64,000 nt of DNA from Ferrovaceae bacterium (lineage in GTDB: Bacteria > Pseudomonadota > Gammaproteobacteria > Burkholderiales > Ferrovaceae): the NCBI GenBank assembly GCA_027311025.1, contig DAICZS010000005.1, positions 7,784 to 71,783 of the forward strand. Direction: 5' to 3'. Shown here piece after piece: positions 10,933 to 22,003 of the stretch (positions are counted from its first letter, which is position 1; the number at the start of each line of letters is the position of its first letter). A model generated the notes under the pieces. That model was given only the letters and a program-made list of their open reading frames with translations. It was not told where the DNA came from and searched no databases. A program made the position numbers and the translations under genes.

Positions 10933-11706
10933 ATGCCAAACAGAATCCAGGTCAGCGGCATTCCTGCCTTCAAGGACAACTACATCTGGGTCATTCATGA
11001 TGACCGCCACGCCGTCGTAGTGGATCCGGGCGATGCCACTCCGGTGCTGCGCTTCCTGCAGGATCAGGGGCTAGCCCTGGCTGCCATCCTGGTTACGCAC
11101 CATCATGCCGACCATGTGGATGGCCTGTCCCAACTGCTGTCCAAGGCCGCCGTCCCGGTCTTTGGCCCGCGCAACGAGGACATTGACGAGATCACACATC
11201 CCGTGGGAGAACCTGACCGCATCACCCTACCCCATCTCCATGTGACGATGGGGGTCATTGACGTTCCGGGACATACGGCAGGTCATATCGCCTATTATGG
11301 GGAAGGCAGGCTATTTTGCGGCGATACCCTGTTTGCCTGCGGTTGCGGTCGGATATTTGAAGGAACACCGGCACAAATGTTCAATTCATTGGACAAGCTT
11401 GCCGCACTTCCGGAGAATACCTCGGTTTACTGTGCCCATGAGTACACCTTGTCCAATATTGCATTTGCCCAGGCCGTAGAGCCGGATAACCTCCAGCTGC
11501 AAGAACGCGCCATTGCCGCGGCCGAAACCCGCCGTCAGGGAAAGCCCACGGTGCCCAGCACGCTGCAACTGGAAAAGGCCACCAACCCCTTCCTGCGCAG
11601 CAGGATCCCGGCCATCGCCCATGCGGTAGAATCCCATACCGGGACGCATCCCGCAGACACCATTGCCGTGTTTGCAGCCCTGCGGCAATGGAAAAACACG
11701 TTCTGA
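10933..11706 (+). CDS. gloB: hydroxyacylglutathione hydrolase (glyoxalase II)
   Basis: 257 aa. Metallo-beta-lactamase THHHADH and glyoxalase II-type C-terminal helices (NPFLR). Confidence 0.9.
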   Translation: MPNRIQVSGIPAFKDNYIWVIHDDRHAVVVDPGDATPVLRFLQDQGLALAAILVTHHHADHVDGLSQLLSKAAVPVFGPRNEDIDEITHPVGEPDRITLPHLHVTMGVIDVPGHTAGHIAYYGEGRLFCGDTLFACGCGRIFEGTPAQMFNSLDKLAALPENTSVYCAHEYTLSNIAFAQAVEPDNLQLQERAIAAAETRRQGKPTVPSTLQLEKATNPFLRSRIPAIAHAVESHTGTHPADTIAVFAALRQWKNTF

Positions 11707-13088
11707 CCCTCCTCTTGAAATCGCTGCGACTGCTTACCACCGGTTTACTGATGGTGCTGCCACTGCTCTGTTCTGCAGAGATGGTACCCACGACAAAGGC
11801 AGCCATTACAGAGGCCGACCCCGCAGAGACCACCCCTGCCGCTCCTGCGGCCGAGGCCGTTCAGGGCACCCTGCCTGGCCAGCCCTTGGTTGAGCGTGCC
11901 ACGCCCATGGTGCCCTTCGATTTATGGGATCGCATTCGTGACGGCTTTGCCATGGATCCATTGCCAGACGACCGTTTGGTGTTCAAGCAGGTGGCCTGGT
12001 TTGCCGCACGGCCCGACTATGTGGAACGTACCGTGGAACGCAGCCGCCGCTACCTCTACTTCATCGTGGAAGAAGTGCAGCGACGTGGCATGCCCATGGA
12101 AATCGCCCTGTTGCCCATCGTGGAAAGCGCGTTCAATCCCCATGCCCTGTCCCGCAGCCAGGCTTCTGGCATGTGGCAATTCATTCCTTCCACTGGTCGC
12201 ATCTTTGGCCTGCAGCAGGACTGGTGGTATGACGGACGCAAGGATGTGGTAGCCGCTACCTACAGCGCACTGGATTACCTGCAAAAGCTCTACGACGAAT
12301 TCGGCTCCTGGGAACTTGCCCTGGCTGGTTACAATTGCGGTGAAGGAAAAATTCGACGCGAAATAGCCTATAACCGGGCGCATAACCGCCCCACTGACTA
12401 CCAGAGCCTCAATCTGCCGGAGGAAACCCGCAATTATGTACCCAAATTGCTGGCAGCCAAGGCCATTGTCCTGGAACCCGAACACTATGGCCTGGCGTTA
12501 GCCCCCATTCCCGATGAACCCTATTTTGCGGCAGTAACCACGCGCAAAAAGATCGATACCAAGATTGCTGCCCAATTCGCTGAAATGAGCCCGGAAGAAT
12601 TCCTGATGCTCAATCCTGGCTTCAATCGTCCCGTCATCAGCCTGGACTTCAATCAGGAAAAAACCATTCTGATTCCTGCGGGTGTTGCCGACCGATTCGT
12701 GGCGCGGCTGGAAGACCCCAATGTCAAGCTCCTGTCCTGGAAAACCCACCATCTTCGTCGTGGTGAAGCGCTTGACAAGGTGGCCAGCCAATACGGGCTG
12801 ACCAGTGAAGAACTCAAACGCATCAACGGCATTGCCAGCAACAAAAAAGTAGCCGGTGGTGGCACCATTCTGGTTCCGGACAAATCAGCCACCCCCAGCG
12901 AATCGCTGGAGCTGGACGGCAAACCCGAGTCCGATTTTTCTCCGCCGCCGCCCTCAGCGCGTTCCAGGCACGCCAGGAAATCCGGTCACAAGGCCAGGGC
13001 TGGCAGCAAAGCCAAGGCAGCTGCCCCGGCGGCCCATGCGTCAAAAAAAGCTGCCGGCAAAAAGCCGTCCCATCCCCAACAGAAGTAA
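11688..13088 (+). CDS. mltD: membrane-bound lytic murein transglycosylase D-like (SLT + LysM)
   Basis: 466 aa. N-terminal hydrophobic signal, SLT catalytic block VESAFNP...SGMWQF, LysM-like repeats (e.g. HHLRRGEALDKVASQYGLTSEELKRING), Lys/Ala-rich tail. Confidence 0.85.
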   Translation: MEKHVLTLLLKSLRLLTTGLLMVLPLLCSAEMVPTTKAAITEADPAETTPAAPAAEAVQGTLPGQPLVERATPMVPFDLWDRIRDGFAMDPLPDDRLVFKQVAWFAARPDYVERTVERSRRYLYFIVEEVQRRGMPMEIALLPIVESAFNPHALSRSQASGMWQFIPSTGRIFGLQQDWWYDGRKDVVAATYSALDYLQKLYDEFGSWELALAGYNCGEGKIRREIAYNRAHNRPTDYQSLNLPEETRNYVPKLLAAKAIVLEPEHYGLALAPIPDEPYFAAVTTRKKIDTKIAAQFAEMSPEEFLMLNPGFNRPVISLDFNQEKTILIPAGVADRFVARLEDPNVKLLSWKTHHLRRGEALDKVASQYGLTSEELKRINGIASNKKVAGGGTILVPDKSATPSESLELDGKPESDFSPPPPSARSRHARKSGHKARAGSKAKAAAPAAHASKKAAGKKPSHPQQK

Positions 13089-14759
13089 TCAGACTCCCTT
13101 TGGGATGGCCAAGAGCAACCGGCGGGTGTAGGGATGTTGTGGATGCGCGTAGACTTCGTCCGCATCACCGGATTCCACCACAACCCCGTCATGCATGACC
13201 AGTACCTGGTCCGACATATAGTGGACCACGGCAAGGTCGTGGGAAATGAACAGATAGCTCATCTGGAATTCATCCTGCAAATCCTGCAACAGATTCAGCA
13301 CCTGGGCTTGTACAGACACATCAAGCGCAGAAACGGATTCATCGCAAATCAGGATTTCAGGTTTCACCGTCAGGCAACGCGCAATGGCGATGCGCTGGCG
13401 TTGCCCACCGGAAAACTCATGGGGGTAGCGCTGCAGTGCGTCCCGCGGCAGGCCCACCCGCCCCAACAACTCGCGCGCCATGGCCGAACGATCTGCGGCA
13501 TTGCGGCCAATGCCATGCAGCATCAAGGGCTCGGTCAGGATATCGCCTACCGTAAACCGTGGATTAAGGGAAGCGTACGGGTTCTGGAATACGATCTGAA
13601 TGCGTCGCTTCAAAGCCATCGTGTCCACGCTGCCAGGCTGGCGCAAATCAAGCCCTGAAAAAAGGATCTGGCCGCCATCGGCACCGAGCAGTCCCGCGAT
13701 GGTGAGGCCCAGTGTGGTCTTTCCGGAACCCGATTCACCAACGATACCCACGGTTTTACCTCGCGCAAGGCGCAGTGATGCCCCCTTCACTGCATGAAAA
13801 GGACGCTTGTGCCAAAGGCCGTCGCGAATCAGGAAATCCTTGTCAAGGTTGCGCACTTCAAGAACGATTTCATCCCCGGGGCTGACCCCGCGGCTGCGAA
13901 CCCCGGGAGTCGCAGTACCCTGCCCATCCCCCATGAAATCCTCAATGACCCGCAGTCGTTGCGGCCGCACCCCTAGCGGCGGGCGGCAGGCCAGCAAGGC
14001 ACGCGTGTAGGCATCCCGGGGTGCATCAAAGACCTGTCGCAGCGAACCCGCCTCACGCACCTCGCCCTGTTTCATCACCACCACCTGCGTGGCAATTTCG
14101 CCCACCAATGCAAGGTCATGCGTGATGAACAGCACGGCCATGGCGTGGCGCTGCTGGAGGTCGGCGATCAGATCCAGAATCTGGCGCTGGATGGTCACGT
14201 CCAGCGCAGTGGTGGGCTCATCGGCTATCAGGAGGCGCGGCTGACAACTGATGGCCATGGCAATCATGACGCGCTGCTGTTGGCCACCCGAGAGCTGGTG
14301 AGGATAATCGTCAAGGCGGCGCCCGGGATCCGGAATCCCCACTTCTGCCAGCAGATCCAGCGCACGACGCTGTGCCTGTCGCCGCGATAGCCCCATATGC
14401 AGGCGCAACCCTTCCATCAACTGGGTGCCGATGGAAAAAACCGGGTTGAGCGAACTCATGGGTTCCTGGAAGATGATGCCAATTTCCTTCCCGCGCAAGG
14501 CCCGTAGCCTGGGCGCATCAAACCCGAGAATGTTTTGATCGTTCCACAGGATCCTGCTCTCTGAGGCCACCTGCGCCACCGGCTTTGGCAAAAGCCCCAG
14601 AATGGAGAGCGCCGTGACCGACTTGCCGCTACCCGACTCACCTACGAGCGCCAGCGTGGTGCGCTCAGGCACATCAAAGCTGACGCCGTTCACGGCAGAA
14701 AGGCGCTCATTCCGGCTGACCTGAAAATCGATTCGCAAATCGCGCACACTGAGCAGCAT
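13089..14759 (-). CDS. yejF: peptide ABC transporter, fused double ATP-binding protein (YejF-type)
   Basis: 556 aa with two ABC cassettes. Walker A GESGSGKS twice; signatures LSGGQQQRV and FSGGQRQRI. Confidence 0.8.
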   Translation of the reverse strand: MLLSVRDLRIDFQVSRNERLSAVNGVSFDVPERTTLALVGESGSGKSVTALSILGLLPKPVAQVASESRILWNDQNILGFDAPRLRALRGKEIGIIFQEPMSSLNPVFSIGTQLMEGLRLHMGLSRRQAQRRALDLLAEVGIPDPGRRLDDYPHQLSGGQQQRVMIAMAISCQPRLLIADEPTTALDVTIQRQILDLIADLQQRHAMAVLFITHDLALVGEIATQVVVMKQGEVREAGSLRQVFDAPRDAYTRALLACRPPLGVRPQRLRVIEDFMGDGQGTATPGVRSRGVSPGDEIVLEVRNLDKDFLIRDGLWHKRPFHAVKGASLRLARGKTVGIVGESGSGKTTLGLTIAGLLGADGGQILFSGLDLRQPGSVDTMALKRRIQIVFQNPYASLNPRFTVGDILTEPLMLHGIGRNAADRSAMARELLGRVGLPRDALQRYPHEFSGGQRQRIAIARCLTVKPEILICDESVSALDVSVQAQVLNLLQDLQDEFQMSYLFISHDLAVVHYMSDQVLVMHDGVVVESGDADEVYAHPQHPYTRRLLLAIPKGV

Positions 14760-14774
14760 CGGGTCTCCTCGTAC

Positions 14775-15812
14775 TCAATACTTGAGCTTGGGGTCCAGCG
14801 CGTCGCGCAACGCGTCGGTCAACATGCTAAAGGCCGTGACGAGAATCGCCATGGCCACCCCGGCTGCGGCGAGCTGCCACCATTTGCCCAGGATCAGCTC
14901 ATTCTGGGCTTCATTGAGCATGCTGCCCCAGGACACCACATCCACAGGTACGCCAAAGCCCAGAAAACTCAAAATGACCTCGGACTTGATGAAGCCGACC
15001 ACATTCTGGGATAGCTGCACCAGGATGACATGGCTGGTGTTGGGGAGGATATGGACGAACATGCGCCGCATGTGCGACGCACCCATGGCACCTGCTGCCA
15101 ACACATATTCGCGGGATTTATGTTTGAGATATTCGGCCCGCACCAGACGGAAAACACCCGTCCAGCCTGTAAGCCCCAGAATCAGGACCAGGGTCACGAC
15201 CCCTTTTTGCTGCAGCACGGCTGCAATGGCAAACACCAACAACAGATACGGAATGGCCGTAAACACACCATACAACCAGTTGAACGCATCATCCACCCAA
15301 CGGCCAAAATATCCAGCCACTGCGCCCATCACGGTCCCCAGCAAGGTGGCAAGAATCGCCGCCACCAAGCCCACCAGAATCGAGGTTTCGCTTCCCTTGA
15401 TGACCTTGGTCAACACGTCATGCCCCCATTTGTCACCACCCAGAGGCAACGATAACCGGCGTGGCACTTCAGTGGCTTCCTGTGCGCCAGGATGTTGTGC
15501 CCGGATGGCAGCAAGTTCGGTGGCCAGGGGATCCTGCAGCCCATAGAGCGGTACCGGGCCAGAGAGCGCCTGCCCGGCCTGCGAAGGCTGCGCGGTCTCG
15601 TCCTGATCGTCGGCCCAAAAAACCGGAGGGGCGTAATTCACCCCCACTTCCCGGGTCCAGTCAGGAGCCACCCAGCCCATGAGTGCCAGGAGCACCACAA
15701 CCAGGTAGCAGCCCACCACGATGAGCGCCGTCATTCCCACCCGGTCTTGCTGCAGGCGTCGCCAGGCCAGCGTCCAGAGCCCGGGGGAAGTTTCGGAGGC
15801 CCTGGCGCTCAT
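14775..15812 (-). CDS. yejE: peptide ABC transporter permease (YejE-type)
   Basis: 345 aa polytopic protein of the BPD-transporter permease family. Fourth in the SBP-permease-permease-ATPase order. Confidence 0.75.
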   Translation of the reverse strand: MSARASETSPGLWTLAWRRLQQDRVGMTALIVVGCYLVVVLLALMGWVAPDWTREVGVNYAPPVFWADDQDETAQPSQAGQALSGPVPLYGLQDPLATELAAIRAQHPGAQEATEVPRRLSLPLGGDKWGHDVLTKVIKGSETSILVGLVAAILATLLGTVMGAVAGYFGRWVDDAFNWLYGVFTAIPYLLLVFAIAAVLQQKGVVTLVLILGLTGWTGVFRLVRAEYLKHKSREYVLAAGAMGASHMRRMFVHILPNTSHVILVQLSQNVVGFIKSEVILSFLGFGVPVDVVSWGSMLNEAQNELILGKWWQLAAAGVAMAILVTAFSMLTDALRDALDPKLKY

Positions 15813-16753
15813 TCGAAATGCACCCTGGGATCAAGCACCCGGTAGAGCAGATCACCCAGCAGATTGGCCAGCAAGGTTGCCATGGCCACATAGACCGTGG
15901 CGGCCTTGATGATGGGAAAGTCGCTGCGTTCCACTGCCATGATGATTTCCCGACCAATGCCGGGAATGGCAAAAAAACGTTCCAACAAAAACGCACCGGT
16001 CAACAGTGCCGGAAGCCCCATCAATACGTTGGTGACAATGGGAATGGCGGCATTGCGCAGCACATGGACAAGCAGGATGCGCCGCTCGGACAGACCCTTG
16101 GCCCGAGCCGTACGCACATAATCCTGGCCGACCTCATCGAGGATGAAGGTACGGTAGAGCCGCACTGAAGGCGCGACGCTCACCATCAACCCCAACAAGA
16201 TGGGCAGGACGGCATAGGTGGTGAGGTTGCGCCATAGATGGTCGCTCCACCCCTTGACGGGAAACCAGCCTAACAGGGAAGCAAACACGTATTGCCCGAC
16301 GATGATGTAGACAAGCAGGCTGATGGACATCATCACGGTGCTTGTCACCATCAGGGTGCGATCCAACACCGAGCCGCGCAGCGCCGCCACGGTGAGGGCC
16401 ACCACAATGGCCACAAGGGTTTCCAGCACCAGCATCGGCACCAACAGAACCAGCGAAGGGCCCAACCTGGTTCTGAATATTTCGGAAACGGGTTCACGCG
16501 TGGCCCAACTGTTGCCAAAATCACCCGTGACGATCTGGCTCACAAAAATCAGCAGTTGTTCCCACAAAGGGCGATCCACCCCAAGCTGGTGCCGGATGTT
16601 GGCGATGTCGTCTGGATTGGCCATTTTTCCAGCCAGGACATAGGCCGGGTCGCCCCCCACCCAGTTGAACAACAGGAACACCAGCAACACCACCCCCAGC
16701 AGGGTTGGAATCATTTGCCACAAACGTCTGAACAGGAATGCCGTGAGGTTCAT
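15809..16753 (-). CDS. yejB: peptide ABC transporter permease (YejB-type)
   Basis: DppB/OppB-like permease with EAA loop ARAKGLSERRILLVHVLRNA. ATG 16753 chosen ([11 protein letters not shown]), giving an ATGA overlap with the SBP gene. Confidence 0.75.
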   Translation of the reverse strand: MNLTAFLFRRLWQMIPTLLGVVLLVFLLFNWVGGDPAYVLAGKMANPDDIANIRHQLGVDRPLWEQLLIFVSQIVTGDFGNSWATREPVSEIFRTRLGPSLVLLVPMLVLETLVAIVVALTVAALRGSVLDRTLMVTSTVMMSISLLVYIIVGQYVFASLLGWFPVKGWSDHLWRNLTTYAVLPILLGLMVSVAPSVRLYRTFILDEVGQDYVRTARAKGLSERRILLVHVLRNAAIPIVTNVLMGLPALLTGAFLLERFFAIPGIGREIIMAVERSDFPIIKAATVYVAMATLLANLLGDLLYRVLDPRVHFE

Positions 16754-18528
16754 GGTTGGGGCACCCGACTGACGTCGATATCCAGCAGCGACCACACCGA
16801 GGGCAGGATGGGGTGAGCCTTGAAGCCAATCACCCACGGATGGGAAAGTACATTGCGAATATGCGTGGTACTGACCTTGGTGACACCATTCAACTCCAGC
16901 ATGCGAGCAAGCTGGTGATAAATGGCATCGCGCTCAGGCGAATCGGGCATGGTGAGGGTCTTTTCATACAGTCGGTCCCACACCGGATCCTGGTAGCAGG
17001 ACCCGTTGTTTTCATGCGTGTGCGGACCATACCAGAGTTGCATGAAGTTATCGCCGTCGGGATAGTCGGCAATCCAGGCGGACAGGCGGATCTGGACGCG
17101 ACACTGGCGTTCTGCCTTCAGGATTTCAGGAAACTTGAGCTTTTCACTTTCAAACCGGATCGACAGGCGATCCAGGGCCTTTTTCATCATCTCGTCGAGT
17201 TCCCGGTCCTGGGACGACAGGCTTGAAGTGTAGCGCACCGCAAGCGGGCTACCATCCGGCTGACGACGGTAGCCATCCGCTGCCCTGGCATATCCCATGC
17301 GATCGAGCAGGAGGTTGGCCTCACCCGGGTTATAGTCGAGCAGGCTGCGGTAGCTGGGGTCGGCACCCGCCACCCCTGCCGGAATGGGATAGGCGTTTCG
17401 CACAGCCTGGCCCTTGTGAATCACGCGAATCATTTCTTCGTCGTTCTGCGCCATGAATATGGCGCGACGCAATGCGATTTTTTCCTTGCTCATGCCCCCC
17501 AACACCGGATCCTGCTGATTGATGAAGTAGTATGCAATTGAAGGGTCACTGATGCGGTCCAGGCGAATGCCACGCTGGGCAAGCGAAGCCTTGAGATGGG
17601 CGCCGCGCAGCGCCATGGGGGCAAACTGGCCGGCGAGACCGATCATGTCGAGTTCGCCCTTGCCGAAACTGAGCCAGGCCGATTGAGATTCCTCGATGAC
17701 CTGGATTTCGACCCTGTCGATTTGTGGAATGAGCTTGCCTCGCATTTGTGCTGCAATGCGCTGATTGTCAGGATCGTTGCCCGGATCAAAATTCCATACC
17801 TCGTGCCTGAAATTGGGGTTACGCGCCAACACCATCAGGGACGAACGGGTCCAGCGCGCAAGATAATAGGGGCCGGTGCCCACGGGATGGGAGGCCGTGT
17901 CACCTGCGTAGCCCTCGATGACTTCGCGTGCGACGATGCCGTACATGGGTTGCGCCATGGCATGGGCAAAATTGTAGTCCGTTGTCTTGAGGCGAATCTT
18001 CAGGGTGTAACGGTCCAGCACTTCCAGCCCGGGAATTCTGGCGTCATAGTCAAAATGTCCGGAACTGCGGGCTGCCTCACCCAGCTCGTCGAGGCCGATG
18101 ATCTTGCCCTCCACCAGAAATTTGTAAGGCGAGCGGTTTTTTGGATCCATGAAGCGCATCAGGGTGTACGCTACATCCTGCGCCGTCACTTCGCGCTTTT
18201 GTCCTTTGAATATCGGATCAGGTGAAAAATAGACCCCATGCTTCAGCGTAAAGACCCAGGTTCTGCCCTGGTCCGTGACGCTGGGCATGGCCGCTGCGAG
18301 GCGCGGAATCAGTTTGACCGGACGGGCCAGGTAGTCGTAGGTCAGCAAGGACTCAAACAGCTGTTGTTCAATGGAAGCCGTGTTGAGGTCAGAGGTCATG
18401 ACCGGGTCAAACCCGGTTTCGGCGGCGGAAAGCTCAAGGTGCAGGACCTTTTCGGGCGTGGCCGCCCCGGCGCCCATCACCCACAAACCCAACAGAAATA
18501 AGAGGAATCGCCCCATATGGTTTATCAT
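16750..18528 (-). CDS. yejA: ABC transporter substrate-binding protein, family 5 (YejA-type)
   Basis: About 590 aa. Signal peptide [19 protein letters not shown] and a large family-5 SBP body. Start is ATG 18528 or 18516 (ORF opens at 18654). Confidence 0.75.
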   Translation of the reverse strand: MINHMGRFLLFLLGLWVMGAGAATPEKVLHLELSAAETGFDPVMTSDLNTASIEQQLFESLLTYDYLARPVKLIPRLAAAMPSVTDQGRTWVFTLKHGVYFSPDPIFKGQKREVTAQDVAYTLMRFMDPKNRSPYKFLVEGKIIGLDELGEAARSSGHFDYDARIPGLEVLDRYTLKIRLKTTDYNFAHAMAQPMYGIVAREVIEGYAGDTASHPVGTGPYYLARWTRSSLMVLARNPNFRHEVWNFDPGNDPDNQRIAAQMRGKLIPQIDRVEIQVIEESQSAWLSFGKGELDMIGLAGQFAPMALRGAHLKASLAQRGIRLDRISDPSIAYYFINQQDPVLGGMSKEKIALRRAIFMAQNDEEMIRVIHKGQAVRNAYPIPAGVAGADPSYRSLLDYNPGEANLLLDRMGYARAADGYRRQPDGSPLAVRYTSSLSSQDRELDEMMKKALDRLSIRFESEKLKFPEILKAERQCRVQIRLSAWIADYPDGDNFMQLWYGPHTHENNGSCYQDPVWDRLYEKTLTMPDSPERDAIYHQLARMLELNGVTKVSTTHIRNVLSHPWVIGFKAHPILPSVWSLLDIDVSRVPQP

Positions 18529-18553
18529 ACCGGGCAAATCAAAAGGAGACCTC

Positions 18554-19339
18554 ATGGGATTTCTTGCCAATAAAAATATTTTGATCGCCGGACTTTTAAG
18601 CAACCGTTCCATTGCCTGGGGCATTGCCAAGGCCATGCAGCGCCAAGGCGCCACGCTCGCCCTGACCTACCAGGGGGAGGCCGTACGGGCACGGGTTGAG
18701 AAGCTGGCCGAAGAACTGGACGTCAAGCTCGTGCTGCCCTGCGATGTCGCCAGTGATGCCGAAATCGATGCCTTGTTCAAATCTCTGGGCCAGTCCTGGG
18801 AAGGTCTGGACGGCATCGTCCACTCCATCGCCTTCGCCCCGCGTGAGGCACTGTCCGGAGAGTACCTCGACGCCGTCACCCGCGAGAGCTTCAGGATCGC
18901 CCACGATGTGAGTTCCTACAGCTTTGCCGCCCTGGCCAAGGCCGGGGTGCCGTTAATGGCCGGACGTAATGGCGCGCTCGTCACCTTGTCGTACCTCGGT
19001 GCCGAGAAATCCGTCACCAACTACAACGTCATGGGCCTCGCCAAAGCAAGCCTCGAAGCCAATGTCCGTTACATGGCCCACAGCCTGGGGCCCCGCGGCA
19101 TTCGCGTCAACGGCATTTCGGCTGGCCCCATCAAAACATTGGCTGCTGCTGGCATCGGTGATTTTGGCAAGATCCTGAACTACGTGGAAGCCACCTCCCC
19201 ACTGCGACGCAATGTCACCATTGACGAAGTGGGCAACGTGGCTGCCTTCCTGTGCAGCGATCTCGCCTCAGGCATCACGGGTGAAATCGTGCATGTGGAC
19301 TCGGGTTTCTCCACCACCGTACCTGGCATGGCGGGTTAA
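18554..19339 (+). CDS. fabI: enoyl-[acyl-carrier-protein] reductase (NADH)
   Basis: ATG 18554 preceded by [21 protein letters not shown] and Y-x6-K ([13 protein letters not shown]). 261 aa. Confidence 0.95.
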   Translation: MGFLANKNILIAGLLSNRSIAWGIAKAMQRQGATLALTYQGEAVRARVEKLAEELDVKLVLPCDVASDAEIDALFKSLGQSWEGLDGIVHSIAFAPREALSGEYLDAVTRESFRIAHDVSSYSFAALAKAGVPLMAGRNGALVTLSYLGAEKSVTNYNVMGLAKASLEANVRYMAHSLGPRGIRVNGISAGPIKTLAAAGIGDFGKILNYVEATSPLRRNVTIDEVGNVAAFLCSDLASGITGEIVHVDSGFSTTVPGMAG

Positions 19340-21270
19340 TTACCGTTTTTGTTGCCTTCCAGTGCCGCCTTGTTGATCAGCCGAACATCAACGGTCTTGC
19401 GCAACCCCGCCATGAAGCCGGACATGGTGGCATCGCCGTAAGCGCGCGTGAGGCCCGCTTCCGCCTGCTTTCGTTGGGTTGCATCGGCAGGGTTGCCAGG
19501 CGTGACCTGCGTGACACGCACCAGGAAATAACTGCCCGATGGCATCTCGGTGCCTGTGTAGGCCGGCAATTGCGTGGCGCTGACCTTGAATGCCGGCGTG
19601 ACCACTACAGAGGGCAGTCCGCCAGCCAAAGCAGTCTGCCGAGTCAACTGCCGCGTTGCAGACCATGTCACTGCCACCGTTTTACCCGCCTTGAGGTCCG
19701 CCAGTCGCGCCTCGCCTTCTTTTTTCACCAGCTTGGCCGCCTCTTCCCGCTGCAGCATCTGACCGATCGCCTCCTTGACTTCGGCGTAAGGTCTGGCCAC
19801 TGAAGGTTCATGCGCCACCACATGGGCCGCCACCAGGGTGTTGGGGGCTACCTCAATGGCCTGGGTATTGCGCCCGTCCTGAATCGATTCCGGGGCAAAC
19901 ACGGCATTCAACAATTTCGGATTGTTAAGTAATGGCGCGTCTGCAGTACCGCCCCGCGTCATCCATCCCGAATCCTTGATCGTCAGTTTCAGTTTGTCGG
20001 CTGCAGGCTTTAATGAGTTGGATTGCTCATAGACCAGATTACTGAAACTTTCAGCCGACTCGGCAAAGCGCTGCGCTGCCCGTTGCTTGCGCAGTTCCTG
20101 CGTCAATTGTGGCGTGACTTCGGCCAGGCTGCGCCCCTTGGCTGCCTTGACATCGGTGAGCTTGATGATGTGATAGCCAAACTCGGTTTCCACCGGGCCC
20201 TGAATGGCCCCTGGTTTCATGCCAAACACGGCAGTCTCGAATGGTGGCGCCATGGTGCCACGCCCGAAATACCCGAGGTCACCGCCTTGGGCAGCAGAAC
20301 CCGGATCCTGCGAATATTGTTTGGCGAGTGCGGCAAACTGATCCGGGTGGGCCTGAACCTGCGCCAGAATCTTTTGCGCCTGTTCCCGCGCAGCGTTGCG
20401 TTGTGCATCGCTGGCCTTGGGGGGGACAGTGATCAGGATATGGCTGGCCCGGCGCGTTTCAGCGCCGCTCCAGCGGGGCTGGTTGGCAGGATCCGAATAG
20501 GCCTTGGCAATTTCCTCAGGGGTCACCACGATATCAGGTGCCTGGGGGTCAGCCGTCAGTACCAGATACTGCACTTTGACGCGCTCGGGCACCTTGAAGC
20601 GATCGAGGTGCTCATCGTAATACTGCTTGATGCTGCCGTCGTCGATCTTGACCTGCCCCAGGAAGGCGCTCAGGGGGATTTCAGCTACGGACAGCTCTCG
20701 CGATTGGTCGTTGAGCGTCAGGAAAGCATCCACTGCCACCTGGGGAACCCATTGGGTGGTGGCCAGCGATTCCTGGACCAGTTGAACCTTGAGGTCATCC
20801 CGCAACCTCGATTCAAAAACTGCTGGAGTCAGGCCCTTGGAACGCAGGATTTCTTCGTAACGCGCCTGTGAAAACTTGCCGTCGTCCTGGAAGGCTTCCA
20901 CCTGGGAAATTTCATTCACCAGCAGATTGTCCGGGATAGTCAGCCTGACCCGGCTGGCATAAGCCGTCAGTAAATGCCGGTTGACGAGCGCTGCCAGGGT
21001 TTCGCGACGCAATTCGGGCGTATCGAGCGTTGCCGGATCAAGTCGCGCATCACGCAAACCCGCCTGCATCCGTTCCAACTGGTTGCGCAGGTTTTCCGTG
21101 AATTCGGCCTGGGTAATGGCGTAACCATCCACCTTGGCTACCGTGTCGGCACCCCCGCCTGCCTGACGAAAGTAATATTCCACCCCGAAAAGGGCAAAGG
21201 GAATGGTGATGAGCGCCAGAATCACCTTGGCCACCCAGGTTTGCGACATGGTGCGGAATTTTTCAAGCAT
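19336..21270 (-). CDS. ppiD: periplasmic chaperone / peptidyl-prolyl isomerase D
   Basis: 644 aa. N-terminal membrane anchor ([18 protein letters not shown]) and parvulin block [17 protein letters not shown]...GYHIIKL. Confidence 0.88.
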   Translation of the reverse strand: MLEKFRTMSQTWVAKVILALITIPFALFGVEYYFRQAGGGADTVAKVDGYAITQAEFTENLRNQLERMQAGLRDARLDPATLDTPELRRETLAALVNRHLLTAYASRVRLTIPDNLLVNEISQVEAFQDDGKFSQARYEEILRSKGLTPAVFESRLRDDLKVQLVQESLATTQWVPQVAVDAFLTLNDQSRELSVAEIPLSAFLGQVKIDDGSIKQYYDEHLDRFKVPERVKVQYLVLTADPQAPDIVVTPEEIAKAYSDPANQPRWSGAETRRASHILITVPPKASDAQRNAAREQAQKILAQVQAHPDQFAALAKQYSQDPGSAAQGGDLGYFGRGTMAPPFETAVFGMKPGAIQGPVETEFGYHIIKLTDVKAAKGRSLAEVTPQLTQELRKQRAAQRFAESAESFSNLVYEQSNSLKPAADKLKLTIKDSGWMTRGGTADAPLLNNPKLLNAVFAPESIQDGRNTQAIEVAPNTLVAAHVVAHEPSVARPYAEVKEAIGQMLQREEAAKLVKKEGEARLADLKAGKTVAVTWSATRQLTRQTALAGGLPSVVVTPAFKVSATQLPAYTGTEMPSGSYFLVRVTQVTPGNPADATQRKQAEAGLTRAYGDATMSGFMAGLRKTVDVRLINKAALEGNKNGN

Positions 21271-21340
21271 GATAAATCACCATCAAAAAATCGTCGTGAA
21301 GTCTAACATGTCCTGGGGCGGCGCATGAAACGGGTGCGCA

Positions 21341-21370
21341 AGAAAAAAGCCGTTGATTTCTCAACGGCTT
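21341..21370 (-). terminator. Rho-independent terminator after tRNA-Asp
   Basis: Perfect 10-bp stem aagccgttga / tcaacggctt (21347-21356 / 21361-21370) with a 4-nt loop. On the minus strand it is followed by a T-run (plus-strand A-run 21343-21348). Confidence 0.75.
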
Positions 21371-21378
21371 CCGAATAT

Positions 21379-21455
21379 TGGCGGAGTGGACGGGACTCGA
21401 ACCCGCGACCCCCGGCGTGACAGGCCGGTATTCTAACCAACTGAACTACCACTCC
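21379..21455 (-). tRNA. tRNA-Asp (anticodon GTC)
   Basis: Reverse complement reads GGAGTGGTAGTTCAGTTGGTTAGAATACCGGCCTGTCACGCCGGGGGTCGCGGGTTCGAGTCCCGTCCACTCCGCCA. Acceptor stem pairs, and the anticodon loop reads CTGTCAC. Confidence 0.95.
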
Positions 21456-21500
21456 CAAACTGCTTCGTGCACGAATACCTGCCTCATCGGCGTTTTGCAC

Positions 21501-21576
21501 TGGTGGGTGCTGAGGGGTTCGAACCCCCGACATTCGCCTTGTAAGGGCGACGCTCTACCAACTGAGCTAAGCACCC
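21501..21576 (-). tRNA. tRNA-Val (anticodon TAC)
   Basis: Reverse complement reads GGGTGCTTAGCTCAGTTGGTAGAGCGTCGCCCTTACAAGGCGAATGTCGGGGGTTCGAACCCCTCAGCACCCACCA. Anticodon loop CTTACAA. Confidence 0.95.
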
Positions 21577-21587
21577 AACAAAGTCCT

Positions 21588-21860
21588 CTAGTTTATCGCA
21601 TCCTTGAGTGCTTTACCAGCCCGAAACTTCGGAACTTTTGCTGCCTTGATCTTGATGGTAGCGCCGGTGCGTGGATTGCGGCCGCTGCGCGCAGCACGCT
21701 TACCCACATAGAACGTACCAAAACCCACCAGGGTCACCTGGCCACCCTTTTTCAGGGCTGTTTTTACAGCAGCGATCGCGCCATCCAAGGCACGACCCGC
21801 AGCTGCTTTGGAAATATCTGCTGCATCAGCAATTTGATCAATTAGTTCAGTCTTGTTCAC
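21588..21860 (-). CDS. hupB: DNA-binding protein HU
   Basis: 90 aa from GTG 21860, preceded by AAGGGGA: (M)[10 protein letters not shown]...[21 protein letters not shown]. The listed 113-aa ORF is an upstream extension. Confidence 0.9.
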   Translation of the reverse strand: MNKTELIDQIADAADISKAAAGRALDGAIAAVKTALKKGGQVTLVGFGTFYVGKRAARSGRNPRTGATIKIKAAKVPKFRAGKALKDAIN

Positions 21861-21949
21861 CTGGATTCCCCTTGTTTTAGTTGGTGCAAAGACGAGTATC
21901 ACCCGCCCGAAATTCGACGCGCGCGGCAAGATTTCGATACGCGTCGCTC

Positions 21950-21978
21950 TTTATAAAAGGGTAAGGATGCGGTGTCAA
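21950..21978 (-). promoter_or_regulatory. sigma70-type promoter for hupB (TTGACA-17-TATAAA)
   Basis: Minus strand reads ttgaca ccgcatccttacccttt tataaa. The -35 is at 21973-21978 and the -10 at 21950-21955, with a 17-nt spacer. Confidence 0.6.
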
Positions 21979-22003
21979 CCACTTTTTGTCTCTGAAAGCC
22001 CCA

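Noticed and set aside
20023-20871. 282-aa plus-strand ORF
   Set aside because: Antisense to ppiD. Leu/Arg/Gly-rich shadow ORF.
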